Under the pieces are notes generated by a model. It ran no database searches and was not told where the DNA came from. It saw nothing but the letters and a program-made list of their open reading frames with translations. Positions 49,012 to 57,451 of a stretch of 64,000 nucleotides of DNA are shown here, piece by piece. The stretch is from a virus (lineage: Duplodnaviria > Caudoviricetes): IMG/VR virus record IMGVR_UViG_3300034101_006325, positions 136,304 to 200,303 of that record. One strand, given 5' to 3'. The position numbers and the translations under genes are program-made. The number at the start of each line of letters is the position of its first letter. Positions within the stretch are counted from its first letter, which is position 1.

Positions 49012-51990
49012 ATGTCATCTCCAAAATTATTAAGACAGCAGCCAGAAAAACTTCTAAAAAATTATGTAGTTTCTATTGAAAAGTTACACGAAGAGCCAAA
49101 AACTTTTTCAGATAATTCTTTTATTGAAAATGATTTTGTAATTCCAGGTGATTCAACTTTAATGAATAGATATGCAGATTCTTTGCCTATTGGATTTAAC
49201 ATAAAAATTAATGGAATTACTTACAATAAATTCTCAATTGCAGGATCTGGCTGGCTGCTCTTAAAGGATCCTGCAGGTGGAACAACGGGAGCTAATTTTT
49301 GGCATGACGTTCTCAATTCTGGTGGTTTTAGAAGTATTTCTTCTAACAACGAAATAAAAAATTTATTTTCTTATAACCACATACTAATAGCACCTTGGTT
49401 TGATCAGCAAAGGCAAATTGTAAAAGATATTTCAACTTTACAGTCATCGATATTCTCAGGAATAATTACACCGACTATTGCTGAAAGAATTGCACAAGGA
49501 AAAGATGAATATTCTTGGCCATTTGACTCTCTTGATAGAGGCGTTCGTTATAAAAACTTTTATGATAATATCAAGGGAAAATGCTTGGTAGTTAGATGGA
49601 CAAATGCTGATCAAGCATACGATCATAGACTTAAATTTGAAGTTAAATTATATGAGAATGGCAGAATAGAATTCCTTTACTGGCCCTTAAAAAAATATGT
49701 AGAAACGCCAGTTACCGCCACAGGTTTGACATCCACAGCAGGAATATTTTGGTCTGGCCCTACTGGGCCTTGGTCTAGCGGAGCGAATAGTTTTAGAGAT
49801 ATTTCACCTTTATTCTCATATAATTCTTTATCAAGAAATCTATCTGAATTAGGTGGAGCACCTTACGATTCAACTTATACAGAGTCAGGAAAAAATTATT
49901 CGTGGAAGATGAGCATAGATAATTGGCCAAAAAATGGTGCAATTGTGACATTTACGCCCCCTGTAAATTTAAGAAAATTCTTGCCCAGAAAAATTTTAGC
50001 GTCTAGCGCAAAATCCTTTTTAAGAGAACCGGGCTTATTTGATGATAGAAAAGCAATAGATTTTTATCATGAAACAGTTAAAAATGTACATTATCCCTCC
50101 AATTTACCCGCAAGACTTGCAGGAGATACTGGCACTACAAATATTTTAATTAACCAACAGTTTTTTACGAGTGGAAGTTTAAAAGCAGTCGGTTCTATAA
50201 GTTCAACAAATATAAATGATCTTTATGATCAGATTGAAAGGGATCCTCTACAGCAAATTACGAACAGACCATTTAACGAATCAGAAAAAATCTATGATGA
50301 TTCAACGGAATTTTATACAACGGGATCATCATTTGAGCTGTTTGGGCCTGATTTTACAAGTCCTCTAAAATCTAAAAGGCAATTTAACATTAAACTACCT
50401 GTAACAAAGCAAGTAACAATGCCCCCGTTAGAATCATCAATTTATTATTATGATTCTAACGAAAAAGCATGGAGGCAACCTGCACCAGACGACATAAGAC
50501 AACCAGAAAGTACATCAGTTTTACACGAAAGACTAACTGATCCAACTTACTTTGGTCCCGATAGTCGTTATTATTATTACAAGATTACAGAAACTGCTAG
50601 AGGATTTGATGCGGTTGGAAGAAAAGTTGTGTCAGGTTCAAAGTTATTAGATCTAGACCCATCTTTGCCTGCAGATTACGGATTAACACCCGACCAAAAA
50701 ACTTTTCAAACTGACCCACTAATAGGACTGCTTGTTAATGATCTTGAAAATTCTTTAAACGATGTCAATATATTATTTAACAGCGCCTTAGAAAAAAAGT
50801 ATTCGAAGAGTCTTACAGACAATCCGGACTATTATCCAAAAGAAGGGCAAGGAATTAATTTTACAACAGACATACCCTTTTTAATTGAAAAAATAGTTGT
50901 AGAGTTTCCATTCTATGCTGAAAATGAATGGTTTAAAGATGTAACTACTTGCAACAAAGCTTTTGGCGATTCAGCTCCTATAAATGGAATTCCATCGGGC
51001 GCAATAGACTTTGGTGGGCCTGGCTTAACTTTTAGTTTGCTGTGTTCAAGAAGAGCCCCAGGTGTGTCATATACTGATATTATTGCGTCAGGAACTGTGA
51101 CTCATACGCTAGATGATCAAGCCAGTGTTCGAGTTTATAAAGAACCTGGCATGAACTATTGCAGCATACGTCCTGTTGGATTTAGATCCTTTTCTAATCC
51201 TTCTACAGTAATTAGCGGAACTTTTGATGGTTCTACATTTAAATTTGACGGAAAAGTTAAACTTGAATTGACTCCCTCCGCTGCAGGAGGACTTACATTT
51301 GCCAGAGAAGATAGACACCTCCAGAATAGCTCTCCATCGCACATAACAAGTAATCGTGCTAAAGTAAAAAGTCTTTTGACACAAAAAAAATTACAAGTCA
51401 AAGGTGAGGGTCCAATAGTTCCGTGGAATGAATCTATTTTATATTCACCAGCACCGCTTGTAGGTTATGCATATAGAAAACCTTACGTGTTTATACAACA
51501 AATAAGTCCTTTATCAAGAGGAACAACAGGACTAGAATTTAATGGAAATAGTCCTATTGGCGGAACAATAGCATATGTGAATACTGAAGAAACAATTGAT
51601 AATCCCTTGTATATAACCGATAATTCAAATGATCTCCCTGCAGATGTAACAACACTAATAAATTCAAATGAAAAATTTGATGCAGTGTGTGTATATTCTA
51701 CAGTTGATTCTCGCCCTGCACCATATTTGATTATGCCAGGTGATAAAATAACATTGGCGATATCAAAAACAAGACCAGTCATATATAAATCATTGAAAAC
51801 AGCTGCATCTGTTGGATCTTCTGTAGTTGTACCACCTGGCATCACTGTTTACCCTGAATACGATGTTGCAAATCATTATCAGACTTATTTGCTGTCAGGT
51901 AGTCATGACACTGTCATGCTAAATTCAGGAACAATAGATATTACTTTCTTTGGCAGTTACCTTCAAGAAGGCAGAGAATATCACACATGA
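49012..51990 (+). CDS. Putative structural protein with nidogen-like N-terminal domain
   Basis: YNKFSIAGSGWL...IAPWFD...VVRW...FEVKLYENGRIEFLY pattern; 992 aa. Confidence 0.5.
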   Translation: MSSPKLLRQQPEKLLKNYVVSIEKLHEEPKTFSDNSFIENDFVIPGDSTLMNRYADSLPIGFNIKINGITYNKFSIAGSGWLLLKDPAGGTTGANFWHDVLNSGGFRSISSNNEIKNLFSYNHILIAPWFDQQRQIVKDISTLQSSIFSGIITPTIAERIAQGKDEYSWPFDSLDRGVRYKNFYDNIKGKCLVVRWTNADQAYDHRLKFEVKLYENGRIEFLYWPLKKYVETPVTATGLTSTAGIFWSGPTGPWSSGANSFRDISPLFSYNSLSRNLSELGGAPYDSTYTESGKNYSWKMSIDNWPKNGAIVTFTPPVNLRKFLPRKILASSAKSFLREPGLFDDRKAIDFYHETVKNVHYPSNLPARLAGDTGTTNILINQQFFTSGSLKAVGSISSTNINDLYDQIERDPLQQITNRPFNESEKIYDDSTEFYTTGSSFELFGPDFTSPLKSKRQFNIKLPVTKQVTMPPLESSIYYYDSNEKAWRQPAPDDIRQPESTSVLHERLTDPTYFGPDSRYYYYKITETARGFDAVGRKVVSGSKLLDLDPSLPADYGLTPDQKTFQTDPLIGLLVNDLENSLNDVNILFNSALEKKYSKSLTDNPDYYPKEGQGINFTTDIPFLIEKIVVEFPFYAENEWFKDVTTCNKAFGDSAPINGIPSGAIDFGGPGLTFSLLCSRRAPGVSYTDIIASGTVTHTLDDQASVRVYKEPGMNYCSIRPVGFRSFSNPSTVISGTFDGSTFKFDGKVKLELTPSAAGGLTFAREDRHLQNSSPSHITSNRAKVKSLLTQKKLQVKGEGPIVPWNESILYSPAPLVGYAYRKPYVFIQQISPLSRGTTGLEFNGNSPIGGTIAYVNTEETIDNPLYITDNSNDLPADVTTLINSNEKFDAVCVYSTVDSRPAPYLIMPGDKITLAISKTRPVIYKSLKTAASVGSSVVVPPGITVYPEYDVANHYQTYLLSGSHDTVMLNSGTIDITFFGSYLQEGREYHT

Positions 51991-53294
51991 CGCACAAATA
52001 TAATTCTGAAAATGTATTTGAAGTAATTGGAGATTACCCCGTTGTCGATCAATTTGATGTTCTTTATTCAAATTTGCTTTCGGGATCTATCTTTGACTCA
52101 TATGTCACGGGTGCCTTATTTTATAAAACAAATATTTTTGAAGGACTAACACCTACAATATTTGGAGAAAGAGGTGAGGCATTTAGTAGGCTTGGAGTCT
52201 CTAGTGACAAACTTCCTTTCCCGTCAGGATCTTCTAGCACAAGTTATTCATTGCAACCGTGGAGAGAAAGAGCAGGAATTATTAGAAACATTAGAATCTT
52301 TTCTAATGACGAAAGATTCTATGATTCAATGCAGCCACTTTTTTCAGAGCTGTATGGGAAAATTGACGGAGACATATCAGAATATTCAAATCAAACTGCT
52401 CTAATTGCGCTAGGCAATCCTTATTCGCCTACTTTTAATTACACAAATTCAACATTTAGAGGAAGCTTTCCATTTGAACCTAAATACTCAGGAATAGAAA
52501 GAACAAAAAGGCAAATTTCATACAACGCCAATATTGATAGTTCGGGTAATCCACTGGATGATGAGACGATCTGTAAAAAAGTCGTAGTTTATGAACAAAA
52601 TGTAAGAGAATTTTTATGGACCAATGGATTTAGCGGACAAGTATTAAATGAAATTGACGCATCCAAAATTTTATTTGGTTTTGGTGATAGAATTGAAAGG
52701 TACAAAGAAATAGTCAACGTGCCACCAGCGCCGCCTTACGTCGCGCATTATGGAGAAAAATATCTTCCTGATTTTAGAGCATATCACGACCCAGGAATTT
52801 TGAGTTACTGTGTATCTCCTATAATTAGAGGCTGGAAGTATGGTCTTATTGATGGTAACCCACACTACACATCTGCAGTTTATAGAAGAGACAGATACGG
52901 TCAAGTTAGAGACATGCTTGAGCAAAGGCAAATAGCATTTACAGTAAAAGATCCTGGTAATTCCATATATTTTTATCCTGACAACTTTACGTCAGATGAA
53001 CCACCAGCTGTCCAAAAAGGAACAAGCGAAGGATCATTAGAAGATCTTACTGGCGATCATGCCGTTTTTATCAAGTTTATTAAACAAAAAGTAATTAATA
53101 ATAAACTAGTTAACATTGCGGTAAGTCCAGATCTGACGTGGTCTTCAAATTTAAGCACATATGCAACATCTTCTTTACCTTATTATGACGCAGTTCCAAA
53201 GAATAGACCACTTGGTACAGTCATTACAAATATACAAAATGTAACTTTGACATTACAACCTGACGCTTTCGGCAACATAACAATTACGAGCTAA
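51987..53294 (+). CDS. Putative structural protein
   Basis: 435 aa, last gene of the plus-strand block; ATGA overlap. Confidence 0.45.
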   Translation: MTHKYNSENVFEVIGDYPVVDQFDVLYSNLLSGSIFDSYVTGALFYKTNIFEGLTPTIFGERGEAFSRLGVSSDKLPFPSGSSSTSYSLQPWRERAGIIRNIRIFSNDERFYDSMQPLFSELYGKIDGDISEYSNQTALIALGNPYSPTFNYTNSTFRGSFPFEPKYSGIERTKRQISYNANIDSSGNPLDDETICKKVVVYEQNVREFLWTNGFSGQVLNEIDASKILFGFGDRIERYKEIVNVPPAPPYVAHYGEKYLPDFRAYHDPGILSYCVSPIIRGWKYGLIDGNPHYTSAVYRRDRYGQVRDMLEQRQIAFTVKDPGNSIYFYPDNFTSDEPPAVQKGTSEGSLEDLTGDHAVFIKFIKQKVINNKLVNIAVSPDLTWSSNLSTYATSSLPYYDAVPKNRPLGTVITNIQNVTLTLQPDAFGNITITS

Positions 53295-53773
53295 TTGATG
53301 TATTGATTGTTAAAGAGCGTATCTCTTAAAAAATCTTCGTCAGAATAGTCGTCTCTTTCAGCGAAAAGTTCATCAAGATCAAACTTGTGTTTTGATTTTT
53401 CGTTCAAAAGAGTTGTCCTATAATCTTTAAGAGTTCTTGTTTTAAATTCAATATCACCACTTAAAATCCAGCCGTCTTGAATCCCTACTACAAATTTATT
53501 CTTTTCAATTGATGACATATTTTTGCAAAGTCTAACGAAGTTGGTTTTGAAAAGCAAATCATTATTTTCATAAATAAGTTCATATCCTCTCCACTCAACT
53601 TCCATAAATTCACCTTTTTTTAAATGAATTGTATTTCCAAGAGATGCATCTAAGCTTTTTTGTTCTCTTAACGACGAGTCGAACAACCAAACATATATCG
53701 ACTCTGTTGAATTAAAAATATTAAAAGACTTGCCAGAAGAACCTTTGGGTATGCTAATTCTAACTTTTTTCAT
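53291..53773 (-). CDS. Hypothetical protein
   Basis: 160 aa, convergent with the structural block. Confidence 0.55.
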   Translation of the reverse strand: MKKVRISIPKGSSGKSFNIFNSTESIYVWLFDSSLREQKSLDASLGNTIHLKKGEFMEVEWRGYELIYENNDLLFKTNFVRLCKNMSSIEKNKFVVGIQDGWILSGDIEFKTRTLKDYRTTLLNEKSKHKFDLDELFAERDDYSDEDFLRDTLFNNQYIN

Positions 53774-53777
53774 TTTA

Positions 53778-54161
53778 TCACAGCAATCTTAAATTTTTAG
53801 TAACCTGGTTAATAACTTCAGAATTGTCTGGTCCAAGCGCAATACAAGTCAAAGCTCCCAAAATGTCATCATTGTTATTTAGATTTCTAACTGGATATAC
53901 TCCAATTCCTTCGAACTCGGCTTTTAGAATTAGTTCTTTTAAATCTTCTTCAGAGTCAACGCCCATAATAGACTTTTCAAAAGTGCCATTCAACCAGAGA
54001 GCCTCTTCGTTGGATAGTTTGACATTAATAACGTCATTTCTTTCAGATTCATTATTGTCCAGTAAAAATCCCATTGAAGCTGTAGCAACCTGAGCAGCAA
54101 GTTCACTTTTACGAAGCTTCAAGTCTTTTCTAACCACTATAACCTGTTTAACTTCTTTCAT
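53778..54161 (-). CDS. Pth2-family peptidyl-tRNA hydrolase-like protein with degenerate active site
   Basis: KQVIVVRKDL, AAQ, conserved Trp, VDSEEDL, TCIALGP; KGK becomes KSE, AQxxHA becomes AQVATA, DAGxT becomes NLNNN. Confidence 0.8.
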   Translation of the reverse strand: MKEVKQVIVVRKDLKLRKSELAAQVATASMGFLLDNNESERNDVINVKLSNEEALWLNGTFEKSIMGVDSEEDLKELILKAEFEGIGVYPVRNLNNNDDILGALTCIALGPDNSEVINQVTKNLRLL

Positions 54162-54195
54162 GGGACACCTTCCTATTAATTTACATGAATTAAAT

Positions 54196-54642
54196 TCATA
54201 TAATTTCTTCTAACTTTATTCTTTTTCTTTCTTCCATGAGAATTTTACCAAGCCAATTTTCACCAACTCCTTTGCAGACACCCCAGAAATGATCGTTCCA
54301 CTTATTATTAAGTATTAATTCGTCGTCATTCGTTGACAGAAGCATGGGTCGTAAAAAAGGATTTTCAAACTTTTCTCTTATTAAGATCTTCATCACATCA
54401 ATCTTAATTTGTTCCCAATTTTCTCGAACAAGAATTGTCTGTCCCAATTTTTTTGCTTCACCCGGTGTTTTTGCATTTCTAATTACTTTTCTAATTTTTT
54501 CATCAGTAGTTTTTGAAGCTTGGTATGCATGTTCAACTGTCGAATACAAAAATCCCTCGAACCTTATGGTCGAGGGATAAAAATTAGAAAGAAAATCGTA
54601 ACCTGACTCTTTTGTGAATCTATCAATTATCTTTTTTTCCAC
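54196..54642 (-). CDS. NADAR (YbiA-like) family protein
   Basis: FLSNFY, TVEHAYQASK, AKKLG, KF.N..L...LL.T, DHFWG, GENWLGKILM. Confidence 0.9.
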   Translation of the reverse strand: MEKKIIDRFTKESGYDFLSNFYPSTIRFEGFLYSTVEHAYQASKTTDEKIRKVIRNAKTPGEAKKLGQTILVRENWEQIKIDVMKILIREKFENPFLRPMLLSTNDDELILNNKWNDHFWGVCKGVGENWLGKILMEERKRIKLEEII

Positions 54643-55210
54643 AATTTATTTTAGGCAAAATTTTGTATTTACCTTCGTAATATAGTGATTTTAACAGATT
54701 TGTATAACTCTCCACGTTAGAGTCGTAATAGTTGCAATTTTTAAGGCTAATAGCAGCTATTGCAGGATGCCCTGCGTCAAATGCATTAAGTGCGCTACTG
54801 CATTTGTTAATAATTCTCCAATAAGATGATCCACTCTCTTCAAGAGACTTAAAAGATCGATAAGGCCAGCCTCTCCTGAGATGATAGTAATATTCTTGAT
54901 TCATCTTAAATGGCCCCTGATTTCCCAAGTTATTATTCCAGACTTTTTTACCTCGACTATTTTCTAATGAAATTTGCGCCCAAGACATTGAAAGCCTGTT
55001 GGCATTAGGAATTTTTTTATATTCTGCTATATGTGAATTACACAAAGTTTCCATAATTTTTTCTTGAGTAACAGGAGTTAAAACTTTGTCAACTCTATAG
55101 ATCTGATCAAGACCGTATGGATCAAATCTTTCTGTTGTAACAAAAGAAGAAAAATTATCAAACAGTATAAATGAAAATGCTGTATAAAATAACTTTACTG
55201 TAGAAATCAT
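54623..55210 (-). CDS. Glucosaminidase/GH73-like lysozyme-fold hydrolase with hydrophobic N-terminus
   Basis: WAQISLEN.RG...WNNNLGN, YRSFKSLEES...Y, LK..NYY...Y. Confidence 0.6.
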   Translation of the reverse strand: MISTVKLFYTAFSFILFDNFSSFVTTERFDPYGLDQIYRVDKVLTPVTQEKIMETLCNSHIAEYKKIPNANRLSMSWAQISLENSRGKKVWNNNLGNQGPFKMNQEYYYHLRRGWPYRSFKSLEESGSSYWRIINKCSSALNAFDAGHPAIAAISLKNCNYYDSNVESYTNLLKSLYYEGKYKILPKINCGKKDN

Positions 55211-55221
55211 AATTGAGTCTT

Positions 55222-55261
55222 AAAAATAAAAAAATCGGCCGGTGCAGAGGCACCGGCCGAT
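55222..55261 (-). terminator. Rho-independent terminator of the lipoprotein gene
   Basis: Perfect 12-bp stem ATCGGCCGGTGC/GCACCGGCCGAT (55234-55261), 4-nt loop, followed by a T-tract on the minus strand. Confidence 0.9.
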
Positions 55262-55272
55262 GAAAAGAAAAA

Positions 55273-55503
55273 TCACTTAGCTGATGAAGCAGGAACAGCA
55301 GATGAAACAGGTGCAGCAGGAGCTTCAACTGATGCCGTCGCCGATGCTGTTACCACTGCTGTTGGTGCTGCCGATGCTGAAGGTGCTGCCTCAACATCTG
55401 CAACAACTGCCGTTGCAGATTCTGCAGCGCCGGCGCCCTTGTCAGAATTTACGCAACCAATCATCGACAAAACTAACATTGTAACAAACAATACATTCTT
55501 CAT
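55273..55503 (-). CDS. Small Ala/Ser/Pro-rich lipoprotein
   Basis: Basic N-terminus, hydrophobic core, lipobox-like MIG-C17; SD GGAG; low-complexity mature part. Confidence 0.75.
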   Translation of the reverse strand: MKNVLFVTMLVLSMIGCVNSDKGAGAAESATAVVADVEAAPSASAAPTAVVTASATASVEAPAAPVSSAVPASSAK

Positions 55504-55549
55504 AACAAATTATCTCCGTAATATTCCTGTAAAGCAGGTGTCGATAATT

Positions 55550-55578
55550 ATAATACAAAGTATCTAAGTGTATTACAA
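55550..55578 (-). promoter_or_regulatory. Sigma70-like promoter of the lipoprotein gene
   Basis: TTGTAA-N17-TATTAT. Confidence 0.5.
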
Positions 55579-55670
55579 AAATTCTATTTACTAAAAGTAG
55601 AAAATAGAGTTAATTTGATTATATTTAGTCAAAGTAATGTTCTAGTAAAAATAGAACTAACTTTATACAC

Positions 55671-56969
55671 ATGGCAACAATAGACAAAAAAATTCTTAAT
55701 GATAGACAAAGAGCTAGAAAAGTCTATGGTTCAATAAGAAGAGTGCCGGACATAGTTACATATGCATTATCAGATGCGGAAAGTGAAGCTGCAGTGCTTA
55801 AATTAGACTGGAAAGAATCTGTTAGAGTAGCTTCTACAACAAACATCTCACTGGCCCCAGGATCAGTGACAGCAATTGATGGTGTTACGCTTGCTGTGGA
55901 TGATCGAATTCTTTTAAAGGATCAAACTGCTGCTTCAGAGAATGGAATTTATATTTATGCGGGATCTTCGCCCGATACATGGACAAGAACAACTGATGCC
56001 GTCCCAGGCACAACTCTTACTTGTGGCGCAACAACTTATGTTGAAGATGGCACTGTTAATGAAGGATCAAAATGGATCCTTTCGACAAAGAATCCTATTT
56101 CTGCAGGCACCAATAAAGTTTGGGAGCTTTTCAATTACTGGTTGACTTCGAACGGACAAATGAAAACAGCATTGCCTGTTTCAATTGGTGCAGACTATCC
56201 TGAGAATATTGGCGAAGACGTATTCTTTTACGTGAGTGGTTCAAAAATGTCGGGCGGTCCGTCTTTGTTGGAAACCAATCTTTCTGTTTTTGGCGGCGAT
56301 GTTTTAATAAGTGGGTCTCTCGATCTCGTCAGAGGCGAAGGATTATTTGGAAACTTTTTGGAAATTAGCGGGTCGATCGCAGTCACAACAGGATCAATAT
56401 ATGCTCAAGATGCTGATACAGGTGACTACACCTTTTTTGTTAGTTCAAGTTCAGGAAACACTGGCATCAAAGGCAATCTTGAGGTCACAGGTTCAATTAC
56501 AGCAAATACTGGCCTTTCGGGATCACTTACAAAACTATCGGATGGAACATCGTATCTAATCGCAGGCACTAATATTACGATAACATCATCATCCAATGGA
56601 CCGGTCACAATTTCTGCTACAGGTGGCGGGGGTGGAGGTGGTTCTCCTGCAGGTGGAAGCGAAGAAATTCAATTCAATACAGGCGGATCGTTCGCTGCTT
56701 CTTCCAACTTAAAGTTTAGTCCATCAAATGTTCTTAAAGTGACTGGGTCAGTCAGCGTAATGGGTCCTGTTTTACCGAGCTTAGACAGCACTTATGACTT
56801 AGGATCTTCTGCACTAAGATGGGCAAATGTCTATACAGGAGATTTGCATCTTAAAAATGATCGAGGCGACTGGACGTTGATAGAAGAAAGCGATTACATC
56901 ACAATTAGAAATAACAAGACACATCAGGTCTTTAAACTTCTAGTAGAACCACTCACGAATAATGATTGA
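55671..56969 (+). CDS. Tail-fibre/decoration-like protein
   Basis: LDWKESVRVA...IDGVTL..DDRILLKDQT.ASENGIY domain; Gly/Ser-rich shaft; C-terminal YDLGSS..RWANVYTGDLHL..DWTLIEE seen in phage fibres. Confidence 0.75.
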   Translation: MATIDKKILNDRQRARKVYGSIRRVPDIVTYALSDAESEAAVLKLDWKESVRVASTTNISLAPGSVTAIDGVTLAVDDRILLKDQTAASENGIYIYAGSSPDTWTRTTDAVPGTTLTCGATTYVEDGTVNEGSKWILSTKNPISAGTNKVWELFNYWLTSNGQMKTALPVSIGADYPENIGEDVFFYVSGSKMSGGPSLLETNLSVFGGDVLISGSLDLVRGEGLFGNFLEISGSIAVTTGSIYAQDADTGDYTFFVSSSSGNTGIKGNLEVTGSITANTGLSGSLTKLSDGTSYLIAGTNITITSSSNGPVTISATGGGGGGGSPAGGSEEIQFNTGGSFAASSNLKFSPSNVLKVTGSVSVMGPVLPSLDSTYDLGSSALRWANVYTGDLHLKNDRGDWTLIEESDYITIRNNKTHQVFKLLVEPLTNND

Positions 56970-57007
56970 ATTATTCGGTAATAATTGCAACATCTAATTA
57001 TTAAAGA

Positions 57008-57451
57008 TTATTCTAAAGTTGTTTCTTCGTCAACAGAAGACCAAGAATAGTCGTCTTCTAGACGATAAGATCCGACGTATTTATGGGGACAATTCTCTCC
57101 CCACTCTTGAGGAGAGATTAAAGAAAAATACGTGTCATTTTGACCTCTATCATAGAGATAGTATGTGTGTCCTGGCCTTTTGATGAATTGACAGCTTGCT
57201 CGGTGTAAGTCAAAATTTTTTTGTGATTCCATTATAATTTTTCTGGCTTCTTTCTGAAGATTTTTGATTTGATCGACTATGACTGTCAATTTTGCTTTTT
57301 CTACAAGAGATAGAAATTTTTCTGCTTCTTTATAGACTTCTAGTTGATTTACTGGCTCAAATTTGGCAGAAATTCTGCTAATAGGATAAGAAGAATCCTT
57401 ATTGCTCAAAACAATTGATGAATTATCTTTTTGATTAAATTTTTGAGACAT
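57008..57451 (-). CDS. DUF2452-like protein
   Basis: KLTVIVDQI..LQKEARKI, CQF...PGHTYYLY, SLISPQEWG, GSYRLE.DYSW. Confidence 0.75.
   Translation of the reverse strand: MSQKFNQKDNSSIVLSNKDSSYPISRISAKFEPVNQLEVYKEAEKFLSLVEKAKLTVIVDQIKNLQKEARKIIMESQKNFDLHRASCQFIKRPGHTYYLYDRGQNDTYFSLISPQEWGENCPHKYVGSYRLEDDYSWSSVDEETTLE

Noticed and set aside
54623-55503. Endolysin plus o-spanin lysis cassette
   Set aside because: A strong terminator separates the two genes, no i-spanin or holin is adjacent, and the lipoprotein has its own promoter.
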